A DNA stretch of 64,000 nucleotides from Bdellovibrionales bacterium (GTDB lineage Bacteria > Bdellovibrionota > Bdellovibrionia > Bdellovibrionales > UBA1609), in contig CBDHDF010000011.1 of NCBI GenBank assembly GCA_965261545.1, positions 128,001 through 192,000 on the forward strand, read 5' to 3'. Position 1 is the stretch's first letter, and the number at the start of each line of letters is the position of its first letter. Under the pieces are notes generated by a model that was not told the DNA's origin, made no database searches, and saw only the letters and a program-made list of their open reading frames with translations. This document shows positions 1-9,749 of the stretch, one piece after another. The position numbers and the translations under genes are program-made.

Positions 1-6
1 CAAAAG

Positions 7-402
7 TTGGGGGAGCAGCCCTTCAGGACGGTTTCAGAGAAAAAAGAGTTTGTTGACCGTATCCGTAGAAATGTTTTGGCTCGGCTAGAGACCTCTAAGG
101 CTATGGAGGAGTTTACCAAGCAAGATGAGTACAAGTTCTTCAAAGAAAAATTTCAAAAGGGCATGTCTTGTCGCTATGGGGCCGATCGTGATGATATCGT
201 TCATGTTTCTCTCAGCGACGATGGCATTCAAATCGAAATATCGGAGACCGCAAAGGAAACCAAGAACCAAAATGAACTGGATCTCATCGGCCAACTTATC
301 AAGAGTATGAGCAATAGTCTCGTCATTTCATATTTTGAAGCTATGGGTTATCTTCCCAGAGATCCTTTATATTCTGATGCTCACTCAGACATTTCCACCT
401 AG
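7..402 (+). CDS. Hypothetical protein, probably 5'-truncated by the window edge
   Basis: Frame is open from the window start to TAG at 400-402; no recognisable motif. Confidence 0.5.
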   Translation: MGEQPFRTVSEKKEFVDRIRRNVLARLETSKAMEEFTKQDEYKFFKEKFQKGMSCRYGADRDDIVHVSLSDDGIQIEISETAKETKNQNELDLIGQLIKSMSNSLVISYFEAMGYLPRDPLYSDAHSDIST

Positions 403-718
403 CTTAGACGGTCTACAGAGTGCCGCATCACATTTCCTAAGTTACATATTCATTGAATAAAATTTCCTCATTTATTTCTCAAAAAAAATCAAAGAAATAT
501 TTTTTTTTAAAAAAATAAAAAAAATTATGAAAAAATATTTTTAAATCATTCAAACAGAACTAAAGCATGTTCTTCAGCGAAAACAAACAGTTAAAAGGTC
601 ATATTCAGAAAATATTAAGAATTTATGAAAATTTTTTTTAATTATTTTTATAGAAAATTCACTTTTTCAACCCGTTGAAGAGGTTGAAAAATTCACTATA
701 AGTAGGGAGGTAGTAAAA

Positions 719-1294
719 ATGAAGCTCAAAAAAACCTGGTTGACTCCAAGTGGAGCATCGAAATCAGAAGTGAAAAAGTGCTATCCCATCAAGGATGAGG
801 TCGCAACAAGAAGGCAAAGATTTAGTGAACACCTAGCATGTGCCCCCCATGTTGCAGGGCTGATAAAGCTGGCCCTGGTGGCAATCTTCCCCTTCCTGAT
901 TTTCTTTGTCGTGGCTGGAAAGTGGAAGGTTCTTGTTTATTGGTTTGTCCTTTACCTTTCAGTTCTTCTTTGGACTCCCCTGTGGGTTTTGTTCTACCAC
1001 ATTATGACCAGCATGGCTCAATCCGTGGAAGTGATGGAGGAATTGGGCCGCTTTTCTGATGGAATCTCACTCTATGGAGCCAAGCTTGTGAGTTCAAGGA
1101 TGTACTATTTTTACTCCATCTATTCTTGGGTTCAACTATTGGTGGCCAGTCTCACAACGGGAAGTGTCTTCTTCTTTTTAAGGCCGATGCTGATGGAAAA
1201 CAAACAAGAATCTGCTCCAGAATTTATTGGTGGAGCCAGCAACACTGCGAACAAAACGAGCCTTGCTGTGAAGGCTGCGGGAGCTGCGTTATGA
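719..1294 (+). CDS. Multi-pass membrane protein; possible C-terminal fragment of a TraG_N-like conjugation protein
   Basis: Three hydrophobic helices (LALVAIFPFLIFF, YLSVLLWTPLW, SWVQLLVASL); lies just upstream of the oriT-like region, mobC and relaxase. The basic N-terminal 40 aa look unrelated. Confidence 0.4.
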   Translation: MKLKKTWLTPSGASKSEVKKCYPIKDEVATRRQRFSEHLACAPHVAGLIKLALVAIFPFLIFFVVAGKWKVLVYWFVLYLSVLLWTPLWVLFYHIMTSMAQSVEVMEELGRFSDGISLYGAKLVSSRMYYFYSIYSWVQLLVASLTTGSVFFFLRPMLMENKQESAPEFIGGASNTANKTSLAVKAAGAAL

Positions 1295-1299
1295 ACCAA

Positions 1300-1480
1300 A
1301 GAGGGACGAAAGTACATCGGGAAAAGGCGAGCGAAGCGAGCACCTTGGGACTGCGAAGCAGTCATCAAGGGGGTTTGGGGGCTTGCCCTCAACAAGCAAA
1401 AAAGGGGCGAAGTCCCCCTGCTCCGCAGGAGCTTTTTTGGGAGAGGGGTACCCATCTCCATACTTGCATGTAAAACCGAA
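1300..1480 (+). promoter_or_regulatory. Candidate oriT
   Basis: GC-rich patch with short inverted repeats upstream of mobC/relaxase; CATACTTGCA at 1459-1468 resembles MOBP nic sites. Confidence 0.45.
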
Positions 1481-1527
1481 CCCCAACGATAAAAAAATAC
1501 CCCAAATTAGAACATCAAAAAATATGC

Positions 1528-1625
1528 AACAAACAAAGAAAATAAAAGAAACAAACTAAGAAAACAAAAAAGACAAACAAAGAAAATAAAAAAGACAAAC
1601 AAAGAAAATAAAAGCAAACAAAGCT
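1528..1625 (+). repeat. A-rich imperfect tandem repeats (AAACAAAGAAAATAAAA-type)
   Basis: About 3-4 copies seen directly between the oriT-like region and mobC. Confidence 0.6.
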
Positions 1626-1679
1626 AACTTAGAAAAAGATAAAAACACAACCCTCAAACTAACAAACAAAGGAGATCAA

Positions 1680-2033
1680 ATGAGTCAAAATAACATAATA
1701 AAACTAACCAAAGGAGGGGCAAGCCATGTGCGAATGTCTCCATCTGAGTATGACAGAATCAAAAAAGATAGTGAAACATCTGGGAAATCCATTCCTGACC
1801 TTTTGAGAGAATCTTATTTCAGTCAACCTCCAAGAAAAGTGCTTGTCGGCAGATCTGATTTAGCTATTTTGAGAAAAGATTTAAATAGAATTGGAAATAA
1901 TCTCAATCAAATTGCCAGAAGGCTCAATGTTGGTCTTATGCATGGATGGAGTGACAAACTGGATTCCGTCTTGGAACAATTTGAAACCCTAACGAATCAA
2001 ATTTACTACGGCTATGGCGTACATAAAAGTTAA
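1680..2033 (+). CDS. mobC: Relaxosome accessory protein MobC
   Basis: LNRIGNNLNQIARRLN signature; AAGGAG RBS; overlaps the relaxase start. Confidence 0.9.
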   Translation: MSQNNIIKLTKGGASHVRMSPSEYDRIKKDSETSGKSIPDLLRESYFSQPPRKVLVGRSDLAILRKDLNRIGNNLNQIARRLNVGLMHGWSDKLDSVLEQFETLTNQIYYGYGVHKS

Positions 2034-3915
2034 ATGGAGGAAGGAGACTCCCAAGGGGAGAGAACTTTCAGCGAAAGACTATGAGAAATATTTACTTAAA
2101 GAAAGAGGAGCTGAGACTGTGACCCATTGCTATCACTGCCTTGAGGGAAGGTCTATTCAACAATTTGAACGTATTCAAGCCCTCTATGGGAAAAACAAAG
2201 CCCGCAGAGGTCAAAGTGTCAATGTGGCTTTTGAGGTGATTCACAGTTTCAGTCCTGAAGAAAGTAGGATTGTGCCTGCGGGGAAGGTCAATCTCATGGG
2301 GGTGACATTGGCAAAACGCTACTTCCCAGACCATGAGTTTGTTGTGGTCACTCATACGGATACCAACAAGACTCATAATCACATCTTGGTCAATCCAGTG
2401 AATGAAAAGACAGGGAAAAGAGATATAACCGACCAAAAAAAACATCTCTACAACCTTCGAACCATTGCTAATGACATTTCAAGAGAAAATGAGCTTTCTA
2501 TCATAAGGCCCACGGGAAAAGAGAAGGCTAGAAATATCCCACAAAAGGTTAAAGAGATTCAACGTAGGGGTGGCCAGTCTTATCGTTTGGACCTTTTCCA
2601 AAAAGCCGATTTTGCCAGAAGCTATGCGACAAGTTTTGATGAATATGTGAGCCTTTTAAACGAACTCTCTGTCAAGGTGGCCATCACTGAAAAGACCATT
2701 ACCTATCATTATGAAGGACATGAAAAGGGAATCAGAGGCAAGAAACTAGGTGCCAACTATGATAAATCGGGCTTGATGGAGAAGTTCAAATCCAATGATG
2801 AGTTGTTTCTAAAACAGCCTCAAGTAAGGAGCAAAATTAGAGATGGAATCAGCAATTTCAAAGATGGAAAAAGAGATTCTTTGGGAGCTTCAAGCCTATT
2901 ATCAATGTTTGGAGGAAATGCACAAAAACTCAATGAAAAAGATTACAAATCTTATACGAAAAGTGATCGTCGTGCTCATAGGACTCCTCTTCCTTCAAAC
3001 GATACTCTTAGTAATTCTATTATACCTATGAGTGAGATAAAAAGAGCCTCAAACAGTGACATTCTGGATTACTGCAAGAAACACAATATAGCCTGCATAG
3101 AAAACAAAAAGGGGGAAACGACTTTAAAGGGACGAGAACACGTTGTCATCCATGGAAATAGATGGACGAACACAAAGAACAAAACCACGGGTTCACTGAT
3201 TGAGCTTGTAAGCCTCCATGAAGACATAAGTTTTTTGGGAGCTATTGCAAAGATCACTGGCAACCAAAATCTTTCCCTTCTTGAACAGCACTTTGGGGAG
3301 GTCAAAAAACCCTACAAGTCCTTTCATATCCCCAAAATAAAAACAGAGTCGCCACACGTTGCAGAAGCCAAAATTAAGCAATTCTTTAGGCACCACAAAA
3401 TCAACGAGGGGCTGGCCGATGATCTTTTCAAACAAAAAAGAGTGCAGATCGATCAAAAAGGCGGCATCTGGTTCTATTCTGATGAGGATCAAAAAGAGGC
3501 TGTCCAGTACACACTGGCCTCGGATAACAGTTACAAGGCTCAATACCACGGGCGACAAAATACTCCATTGATGGAGCCCTCCGCCCATGGGAGTCGTGTC
3601 ACTGTTTATACGGATTTTCTTCACTTTCTGAAGGCTCATGGGAAAAAGGCATTGAGTGGAAAGTCAAAATCCTCTCTTGTCTTGAGAGGCTTGGATGAAC
3701 AAGCTTTTCACATTTTTCTAGCGACAAGGCCACAAATCAAAAGCCTTGAGTTTGTTGACCCTGAAAATAAGGGGCAACAAACCAGTAAGAAAAACCTTTC
3801 TGACAGGAAGGATTTTATGGATCGCCAGAAAAAGCAGCTTGAACCCTTTGATATCTCTGTCTCAACTATTTCCATGGAAAAGGCAATGGCAAGGGATCGT
3901 GGTTTAAGCATATAG
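2014..3915 (+). CDS. MOBP-type relaxase with C-terminal primase-like (DUF3991/Toprim-like) extension
   Basis: Motif II (EVIHSFSPEE) and 3H motif THTDTNKTHNH; C-terminal DILDYC...GSLIELV...SFLGAI region resembles primase-associated domains. Confidence 0.85.
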   Translation: MAYIKVKWRKETPKGRELSAKDYEKYLLKERGAETVTHCYHCLEGRSIQQFERIQALYGKNKARRGQSVNVAFEVIHSFSPEESRIVPAGKVNLMGVTLAKRYFPDHEFVVVTHTDTNKTHNHILVNPVNEKTGKRDITDQKKHLYNLRTIANDISRENELSIIRPTGKEKARNIPQKVKEIQRRGGQSYRLDLFQKADFARSYATSFDEYVSLLNELSVKVAITEKTITYHYEGHEKGIRGKKLGANYDKSGLMEKFKSNDELFLKQPQVRSKIRDGISNFKDGKRDSLGASSLLSMFGGNAQKLNEKDYKSYTKSDRRAHRTPLPSNDTLSNSIIPMSEIKRASNSDILDYCKKHNIACIENKKGETTLKGREHVVIHGNRWTNTKNKTTGSLIELVSLHEDISFLGAIAKITGNQNLSLLEQHFGEVKKPYKSFHIPKIKTESPHVAEAKIKQFFRHHKINEGLADDLFKQKRVQIDQKGGIWFYSDEDQKEAVQYTLASDNSYKAQYHGRQNTPLMEPSAHGSRVTVYTDFLHFLKAHGKKALSGKSKSSLVLRGLDEQAFHIFLATRPQIKSLEFVDPENKGQQTSKKNLSDRKDFMDRQKKQLEPFDISVSTISMEKAMARDRGLSI

Positions 3916-4058
3916 GTTTAGATACAGATTGAGGCGTACAGACTTAAGAGTACAAACATACAGATTTAAGTAACAGATTTAAACAAATAGAACCCTATAC
4001 CCAGGAGGTCATATGGAAGAAAGTAACATGAAAAAAAAATCATATAGAAGGAGGCAGC

Positions 4059-4418
4059 ATGGAACAAGACAATATTTTAAAGCCAGCCAGAAAGGCCAGC
4101 AAAAAGAGTGACTCCTCTGCGATTCGCTTTCACAGGGACTTTATGAGAAAAGTCTCAAAACTTGTGGATAGGGCCAATAAGAAGTCCTTTGGGAAAACGA
4201 TGAGGCCCGGAGCCATCCTTGAGAATCTTCTTCATCTCGCTGACGACAAACTCTTGGAGGAGGTTGTCAAAAAGACGCAGGAGGATTCACTCTCACACAA
4301 TGACAAAAGAGAGGTTTTTCTAAGGGAAAAGCTCACCAAGTTCAATGGGTCTAAGGAGCAGCTAGAACTCAAGATGATGGAGGTTTTCGACCAGTATTTG
4401 TCACAAAATCAATCTTAA
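4059..4418 (+). CDS. Hypothetical basic protein
   Basis: 119 aa with AAGGAGG RBS; its 3' end recurs as a remnant at 18583 and 23731. Confidence 0.7.
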   Translation: MEQDNILKPARKASKKSDSSAIRFHRDFMRKVSKLVDRANKKSFGKTMRPGAILENLLHLADDKLLEEVVKKTQEDSLSHNDKREVFLREKLTKFNGSKEQLELKMMEVFDQYLSQNQS

Positions 4419-4502
4419 TTTTGTAGCAAAATGGACTCCTCATGGAGCCAATCTTTTCGATTTTGCTTAACTTATAACTTGTCTAACAAAGGAGTGATTG
4501 AT

Positions 4503-4775
4503 ATGATTATACGCAACTATCAAGAAAAAGATGGCAGGGATCAGAGTGTAAGTGACAAAATAAGTGATGGAACTTGCGACTCTGGTACGCTCTTTGACAA
4601 TTTAGCTTGGTTAACAACTAAAGAAACTGCACGCTACCTTCGCAAAAGCGTCAATGCCATCAGAATTTTGGTATATCGCAAAATTCTGAGAGCAAGAAAG
4701 TTTAGGCGAAGGCTGTATTTCAAAAGAGAAGAGTTGGATATGCTCATTGAAACCTCACAATTTATAGGAGGTTGA
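4503..4775 (+). CDS. Excisionase-like HTH_17 protein, copy 1 (long form)
   Basis: WLTTKETARYLRKSVNAIRILVYRK...LYFKREELD; AAGGAG RBS before ATG 4503; directly upstream of the integrase. Confidence 0.8.
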   Translation: MIIRNYQEKDGRDQSVSDKISDGTCDSGTLFDNLAWLTTKETARYLRKSVNAIRILVYRKILRARKFRRRLYFKREELDMLIETSQFIGG

Positions 4776-5519
4776 AAATGGCAATTTTAACTTATGAAAA
4801 AAATGGAAAACAGCTTTTTCGAGTCTATGTTCAGGGGCGAGGAAAAGTAGATACTTCTTTAAGGGTTCAAAAGAATAAATTCAATATAGAGACCTTTAAG
4901 GATGCGTGCAAAGAAGAGAAAAGGCTTATTAAATCTGTTTCAGATGAGATCAATAGGATCGAAGGACGAGGGTTGAAATGGAGGGATATCATTTATCGCT
5001 GGGAAACCTATGCTTTGCAAGGACTCCTCGGAGATAAACAAAAAGACCCCCATTACATCAAGGACCATGTCAACCGACTGATCCACTATACAAAGCCTTG
5101 GCTTGATTGTGTGGCTTCCGAACTCACTAAGGGGGATGGAAGACTTGTCTTGAGTCAGGCGAAAGAAAGTGGAAGCAAGGAAAGTCTACTGAAAAAAATC
5201 AAATCCTCTGTGAATGTAGTCTTCAAATGGGCGATTGAGGAAAAACTGGTTGTTGGTGTTCACTCAAGCCCTACTGAGGGGGTCAATGTTTCAGATAAGG
5301 TGGAGAAGGTTCCTAAGATTCTGACCTTAGAAGAGATTAAAACCCTTCTCAAAGGGGCTAAAGAAGAGCAGCATCCCTGGTATCATATTTGGTCTTTTGC
5401 ATTTCTTACTGGAATGAGAAGTGGCGAGTTGAAGGCACTACAGTGGAGGGATATTGATTTTGACCGACAAACAATATTGGTATCCAAGTCCTACAATCAT
5501 CGTAAGCAAGTGATAAAAT

Positions 5520-7240
5520 GGGTATATCCGAGTTTCTCAACAGAAAATGGGCCTAATTTCGACGTTGCAGAATTACCGCATTAAAAACCAAGAAAATAAT
5601 TCAATTTCCATGATTTATCCCCCTCATTACTTTACCCATAACAAAACCATGGTTTAATCTCTTAATTTACTTATTGGAAAATAATACAGGAGATGCCATG
5701 GTCTTGAATAAGTTTATTATAAAGATGTTGAAATTATCATTCTTAAAAGTGACTTGGGTTAAATTTAAAAATCGAAATCAAGAACTTCACTTAGGGGTTA
5801 AACCCCATAAGAATGGCTGCCGCTGTCCTCATTGTGGACGCCGCTGTAAGATACTTAGATGCTTAGAAGAAAGAGTGTGGCGAGATATCGTCGTGTGCGG
5901 TACCCCCATTTATTTCCATTATTCTCCGAAGGAAGTTCTGTGTCCCACTCATGGTCGTATTATGGAGAGAATTCCTTGGGCCGACCACTTCAGTCGAGTC
6001 ACCTATCGTCTGGAACTAACAATTCTGACCCTGACCAAGCAGATGACCCAAAAAGCCGTTTCAGAGCTTGTCAAGATACCCACATCCACCTTATCTGATC
6101 TTATTCATCGAATCATCCACAGGGAACGAGATGGTCACAAAATTCGTGGTTTGGAGGTCATTGGAGTCGATGAAATTTCTTATGCTAAGGGAAGGAAGTT
6201 TATTACCTTGATTTACGACATGAAGAAAGGCTGTGTCGTTTGGATTGGAAAAGGTAAGGGTAAGGAGACAATAGACTCCTTTTTTACAAAGGAACTCAGC
6301 CAATATCAGCGAGACAAAATTAGAGTGGCTTGTTGTGATATGGCTCAAGGCTACATCTCCTCTATCAAGGAGCATTGTAAGAATGCTACTCTCGTTTTGG
6401 ACAAATTTCACATTATTCAATCCCTCAACAGGGCTGTGGATGAGGTGAGAAAAGAAATTTGGAGAGATGCCTGCAAGAAGGACAGAAAGGCTATTAAGGG
6501 AACTCGCTGGTTGATAGCCTACAGTTCATCCTCTCGTAGTAAGGCCCAAACTCGTAAAATTAACCTCATGGAGAAATCTAACAATAAAATATTCAGAGCA
6601 TGGCTGCTTAAAGATAATTTTGAGCATTTCTGGGATTATGTGAGTCCAGGTCATGCTGCGAATTTTCTGAATGCCTGGATCACTCGTGCCTTAAGATCAC
6701 GCATTGATTCTATGAAAAAGTTTGCCTTGATGCTCAGGAAGCACCAAGAAAATATTCTTTCCTTCATTAAAGATCCTGTCACAAATGCCAAGGCTGAGGG
6801 AATCAATCGCCTTCTAAAGATCATAAAAAATCGGGCTTCAGGATTTAAGAACCTACAGGGTTTTGAGAATATGATTTACTTGTGTGCTGGGGATTTGGAT
6901 ATTGTTGGAAGTTTCCCCAAGCGTTTTTGTACATTATAGTTTTTATTGTCGATCAACATTTCTTTTTCCAATTCACCTCCCCATACTAACTCCGCCAAGA
7001 TGAGTCAGTTATCCACAGACTCATCCATGGCGACGCTGCGGCTATGGCCCTCGGAGCCACAATAAAGCAGCGCTGCTGTGGGTGAGTCTTGTGGATAACG
7101 GCGGCTCTCCACACAAGTGATTTGGTAGCCCTGTCCTCCGTGTTTTTATGTACAAATCTTAGGAATAACCTGTACATCCAGTTTTTAGCTATTTCCCTAG
7201 GGAATTTGGACTTTAGGCTCCGAGAAACTCGGATATAGCC
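5520..7240 (+). mobile_element. ISL3-family IS
   Basis: TIRs GGGTATATCCGAGTTTCTC / GAGAAACTCGGATATAGCC; 8-bp TSD GATAAAAT (5512-5519, 7241-7248). Confidence 0.93.
5698..6939 (+). CDS. ISL3 transposase
   Basis: CPHCG zinc finger, IGVDEIS, CCDM, LDKFH, TNAKAEGIN motifs. Confidence 0.93.
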   Translation: MVLNKFIIKMLKLSFLKVTWVKFKNRNQELHLGVKPHKNGCRCPHCGRRCKILRCLEERVWRDIVVCGTPIYFHYSPKEVLCPTHGRIMERIPWADHFSRVTYRLELTILTLTKQMTQKAVSELVKIPTSTLSDLIHRIIHRERDGHKIRGLEVIGVDEISYAKGRKFITLIYDMKKGCVVWIGKGKGKETIDSFFTKELSQYQRDKIRVACCDMAQGYISSIKEHCKNATLVLDKFHIIQSLNRAVDEVRKEIWRDACKKDRKAIKGTRWLIAYSSSSRSKAQTRKINLMEKSNNKIFRAWLLKDNFEHFWDYVSPGHAANFLNAWITRALRSRIDSMKKFALMLRKHQENILSFIKDPVTNAKAEGINRLLKIIKNRASGFKNLQGFENMIYLCAGDLDIVGSFPKRFCTL

Positions 7241-8170
7241 GATAAAATGCACTAAGGCTGGTTACTGGCGAAATGTTCCCATTTCCAATGACCTTCTGAG
7301 GATTATCACTGAGCTTCAAAAAGATGGTCACTCTGACCCTGAAGGCTTTGTGCTTCCAAGGCATGGGACGTGGACCAATGGTGAAGCTGGAAAGGTTTTG
7401 AGGACATTTTTAAAGAAGTATAGCATAAATCAGCATGTTGTATTTCATACGCTCAGGGCTTGCTTTGCGACTCACATGTTAGCTCAGGGGGTGAATCAAG
7501 CCACCGTTATGAAAATCGGTGGATGGAGAGACATTAAGACTTTCCAGATTTACGTTCGGCTCGCTGGGGTTGAGGTCAAAGGTGCAACAGATGTTTTGCA
7601 AGTGATTCCAGCACTTGATTCTCTTGTTTCTAAAGATAATGTGATCGGCTTTCCTTGGCACAAGGCTAAGGGCTCTCGGATATGAAATAGTAAAATAATT
7701 ATACACGATAAATCAATTTGTGGGGCCTTGAAAACAGTTCTTGGGTTGACCTAAGTAGGTTAGTTTAGAGTTCCGTTTACAGGCGCAAAGTCCTAACAAC
7801 AAGTGTTGTGGCATGATTTCTCCTTTGCCGATAAAATTAAGACTTGACAAAAAAAATGGAGGTGACTGTGCGCACATAAAATCTGTAGGAAAAGCCGTAG
7901 CAAGGAGTGTCATGTCAACACAATTCTAAACTATTGCAGTCAAATGTATTCCAAGTGTTATGATGTGCCCTCACCTCAGGCTTCTGGGACATTCTAAGGG
8001 ACTGGCGATTGCTCACAGTGGCCCTGGAGCCGACAAAACTCCGATAGATTCATTAATATGACCCATTTTGAAACATTTTACTTGGAATGTGCTTGAAAAT
8101 AGGCTAAAGTATGTCTTTAAAATGTCCGAAATATGGTTTATAATAGGTTTATGGAGGATAGAGGATATTC

Positions 8171-8572
8171 ATGGTTGATCCACAAACTATTTTTAACAAC
8201 CTGCCCCCAGAGTCTTCTCCCTTTTGGAATGAGCAATCTCGGAGTCTGGATTACCAACGAATTGCTAAAGACTTTTTTGATGTGGCAGATAGGAAAGAGA
8301 AGATAAGCCAAATCCTTGGTGTAAGTAAAAGCTCTGTACGGTATGACCGTAAGATGCCAAGGGAGGTAAAGGAGTTGTTGCAAGATACTGTAACCATTTT
8401 TCACTTGGTCTATACTCATTTTGGCGAGGATTTTGATAAAACAAAACTTTGGTTTGAACTACCTAACCCTATGATCGGAGAAAACATCACCCCACAACAG
8501 ATGATTTATATTGGGCGACAGCAAAAACTCCTTCAAATTGTTTTTGCAGCGACTCAAGGTGACCGACCCTAG
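8171..8572 (+). CDS. Xre/MbcA/ParS-type antitoxin
   Basis: HTH-like ISQILGVSKSSV plus C-terminal WFELPNPMIG..ITP motif; coupled to the RES gene. Confidence 0.8.
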   Translation: MVDPQTIFNNLPPESSPFWNEQSRSLDYQRIAKDFFDVADRKEKISQILGVSKSSVRYDRKMPREVKELLQDTVTIFHLVYTHFGEDFDKTKLWFELPNPMIGENITPQQMIYIGRQQKLLQIVFAATQGDRP

Positions 8573-9462
8573 TGAGAAGAAAAACGCTACCAATAGGAAG
8601 TTCCGATCCAGAAGTTATGAACCTAGTTCAATCTTCCGATTCAACAAAACAGATTAAAGAAAAGATTGCATTTAAGTACAAGTTTTATTCCGAACTTGTT
8701 CAAAAGAGGTCTGTACTTCAGAAAGAAATCAAAGCATCTCTTGTGTCAAAAATACAAGTGTTTCCTTTTAATGACTGGTGGAGGTTAACTACAACGAAGT
8801 ACTCCATGGACCCTATAAATGCTAGTGGGAGTTACAAAAATCCAATTGGAGGACGCTTCAATGTTGGGCAGATTGATACGACGAATACTGATAAATTCGT
8901 TACATTTCCAGCCCTTTACTTGGCAAAAACAAAGCAAACAGCTATAAAAGAAGTATATCCTCCAATAAAAAAGAAATGCTCACTTTCATCAATGGAGTTG
9001 ATGTTATCTAGCAAAGAGGCAAATGCTTTCTTTAAGGTGAGAGGAGAGGTCCGTGTCTTGGATATTGATAGCCCCAACAATCTAACTGCTTTTGTAAAGG
9101 TCATTAAAAAAATAACGATTGACGCTGACACTGAAAAGGAGGCTCTTAGGCTATCAGAACCTAACCCTCAGACAGTACAAACAGTGAAGGAGCTTAAAAG
9201 GGCTCTATATTCTACTAATTGGAAAAACTTCATAAGTATTTATGATGACCCTCCTCCTTCGCAAATTTTTGGGCAAATTGTAAGGTCTTCTGGAATTGAG
9301 GGGTTATTATACTCATCAATTCATTCTCAAAATAAGCATGATTGTAAGTGCTTAGCTTTATTCTTAGAAAACTTTGAAGACTCGGCTTCTTTTGTAGAAG
9401 TGATTGATTCTGACATTAGCAAAAAAAGAATAGATCAGAACACGTTTAAAGAATTCTTCTAA
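8572..9462 (+). CDS. RES-domain toxin
   Basis: GGRFN, PALYLA...TAIKEV, SQIFG and IEGLLYSS motifs. Confidence 0.82.
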   Translation: MRRKTLPIGSSDPEVMNLVQSSDSTKQIKEKIAFKYKFYSELVQKRSVLQKEIKASLVSKIQVFPFNDWWRLTTTKYSMDPINASGSYKNPIGGRFNVGQIDTTNTDKFVTFPALYLAKTKQTAIKEVYPPIKKKCSLSSMELMLSSKEANAFFKVRGEVRVLDIDSPNNLTAFVKVIKKITIDADTEKEALRLSEPNPQTVQTVKELKRALYSTNWKNFISIYDDPPPSQIFGQIVRSSGIEGLLYSSIHSQNKHDCKCLALFLENFEDSASFVEVIDSDISKKRIDQNTFKEFF

Positions 9463-9749
9463 AAAGTAGAATGGCAAAGACTCTGGGTGAGTTACTAGAA
9501 ATCCTGCATATGCAGGTTGGAACTGGCTAAATCATTGAGATCACTATGAAAATATTGGATTAAAAGGAAGACTTTGGATTTAGAACGCAATCGAATGGCC
9601 GTCTACCAAGTTTGGGTATGATTGACTCCATGGAGCCAATTACTTCGATCTTTCTTAACTTGTCGCTGTCGCGAAATTAAAAAGGGCCGTTTATGTGCCC
9701 TCATTTGGACTTGGGCTCTGAAGTAGCCTCTTTTTAACTTTCCCTTGTT

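Larger units (their letters stand above)
4778..7685 (+). pseudogene. Tyrosine integrase copy 1, interrupted by ISL3
   Basis: TGMRSGE before the IS; CTKAG, HTLRACF, GGW and FQIY after it; colinear with intact copies 2-4. Confidence 0.92.
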
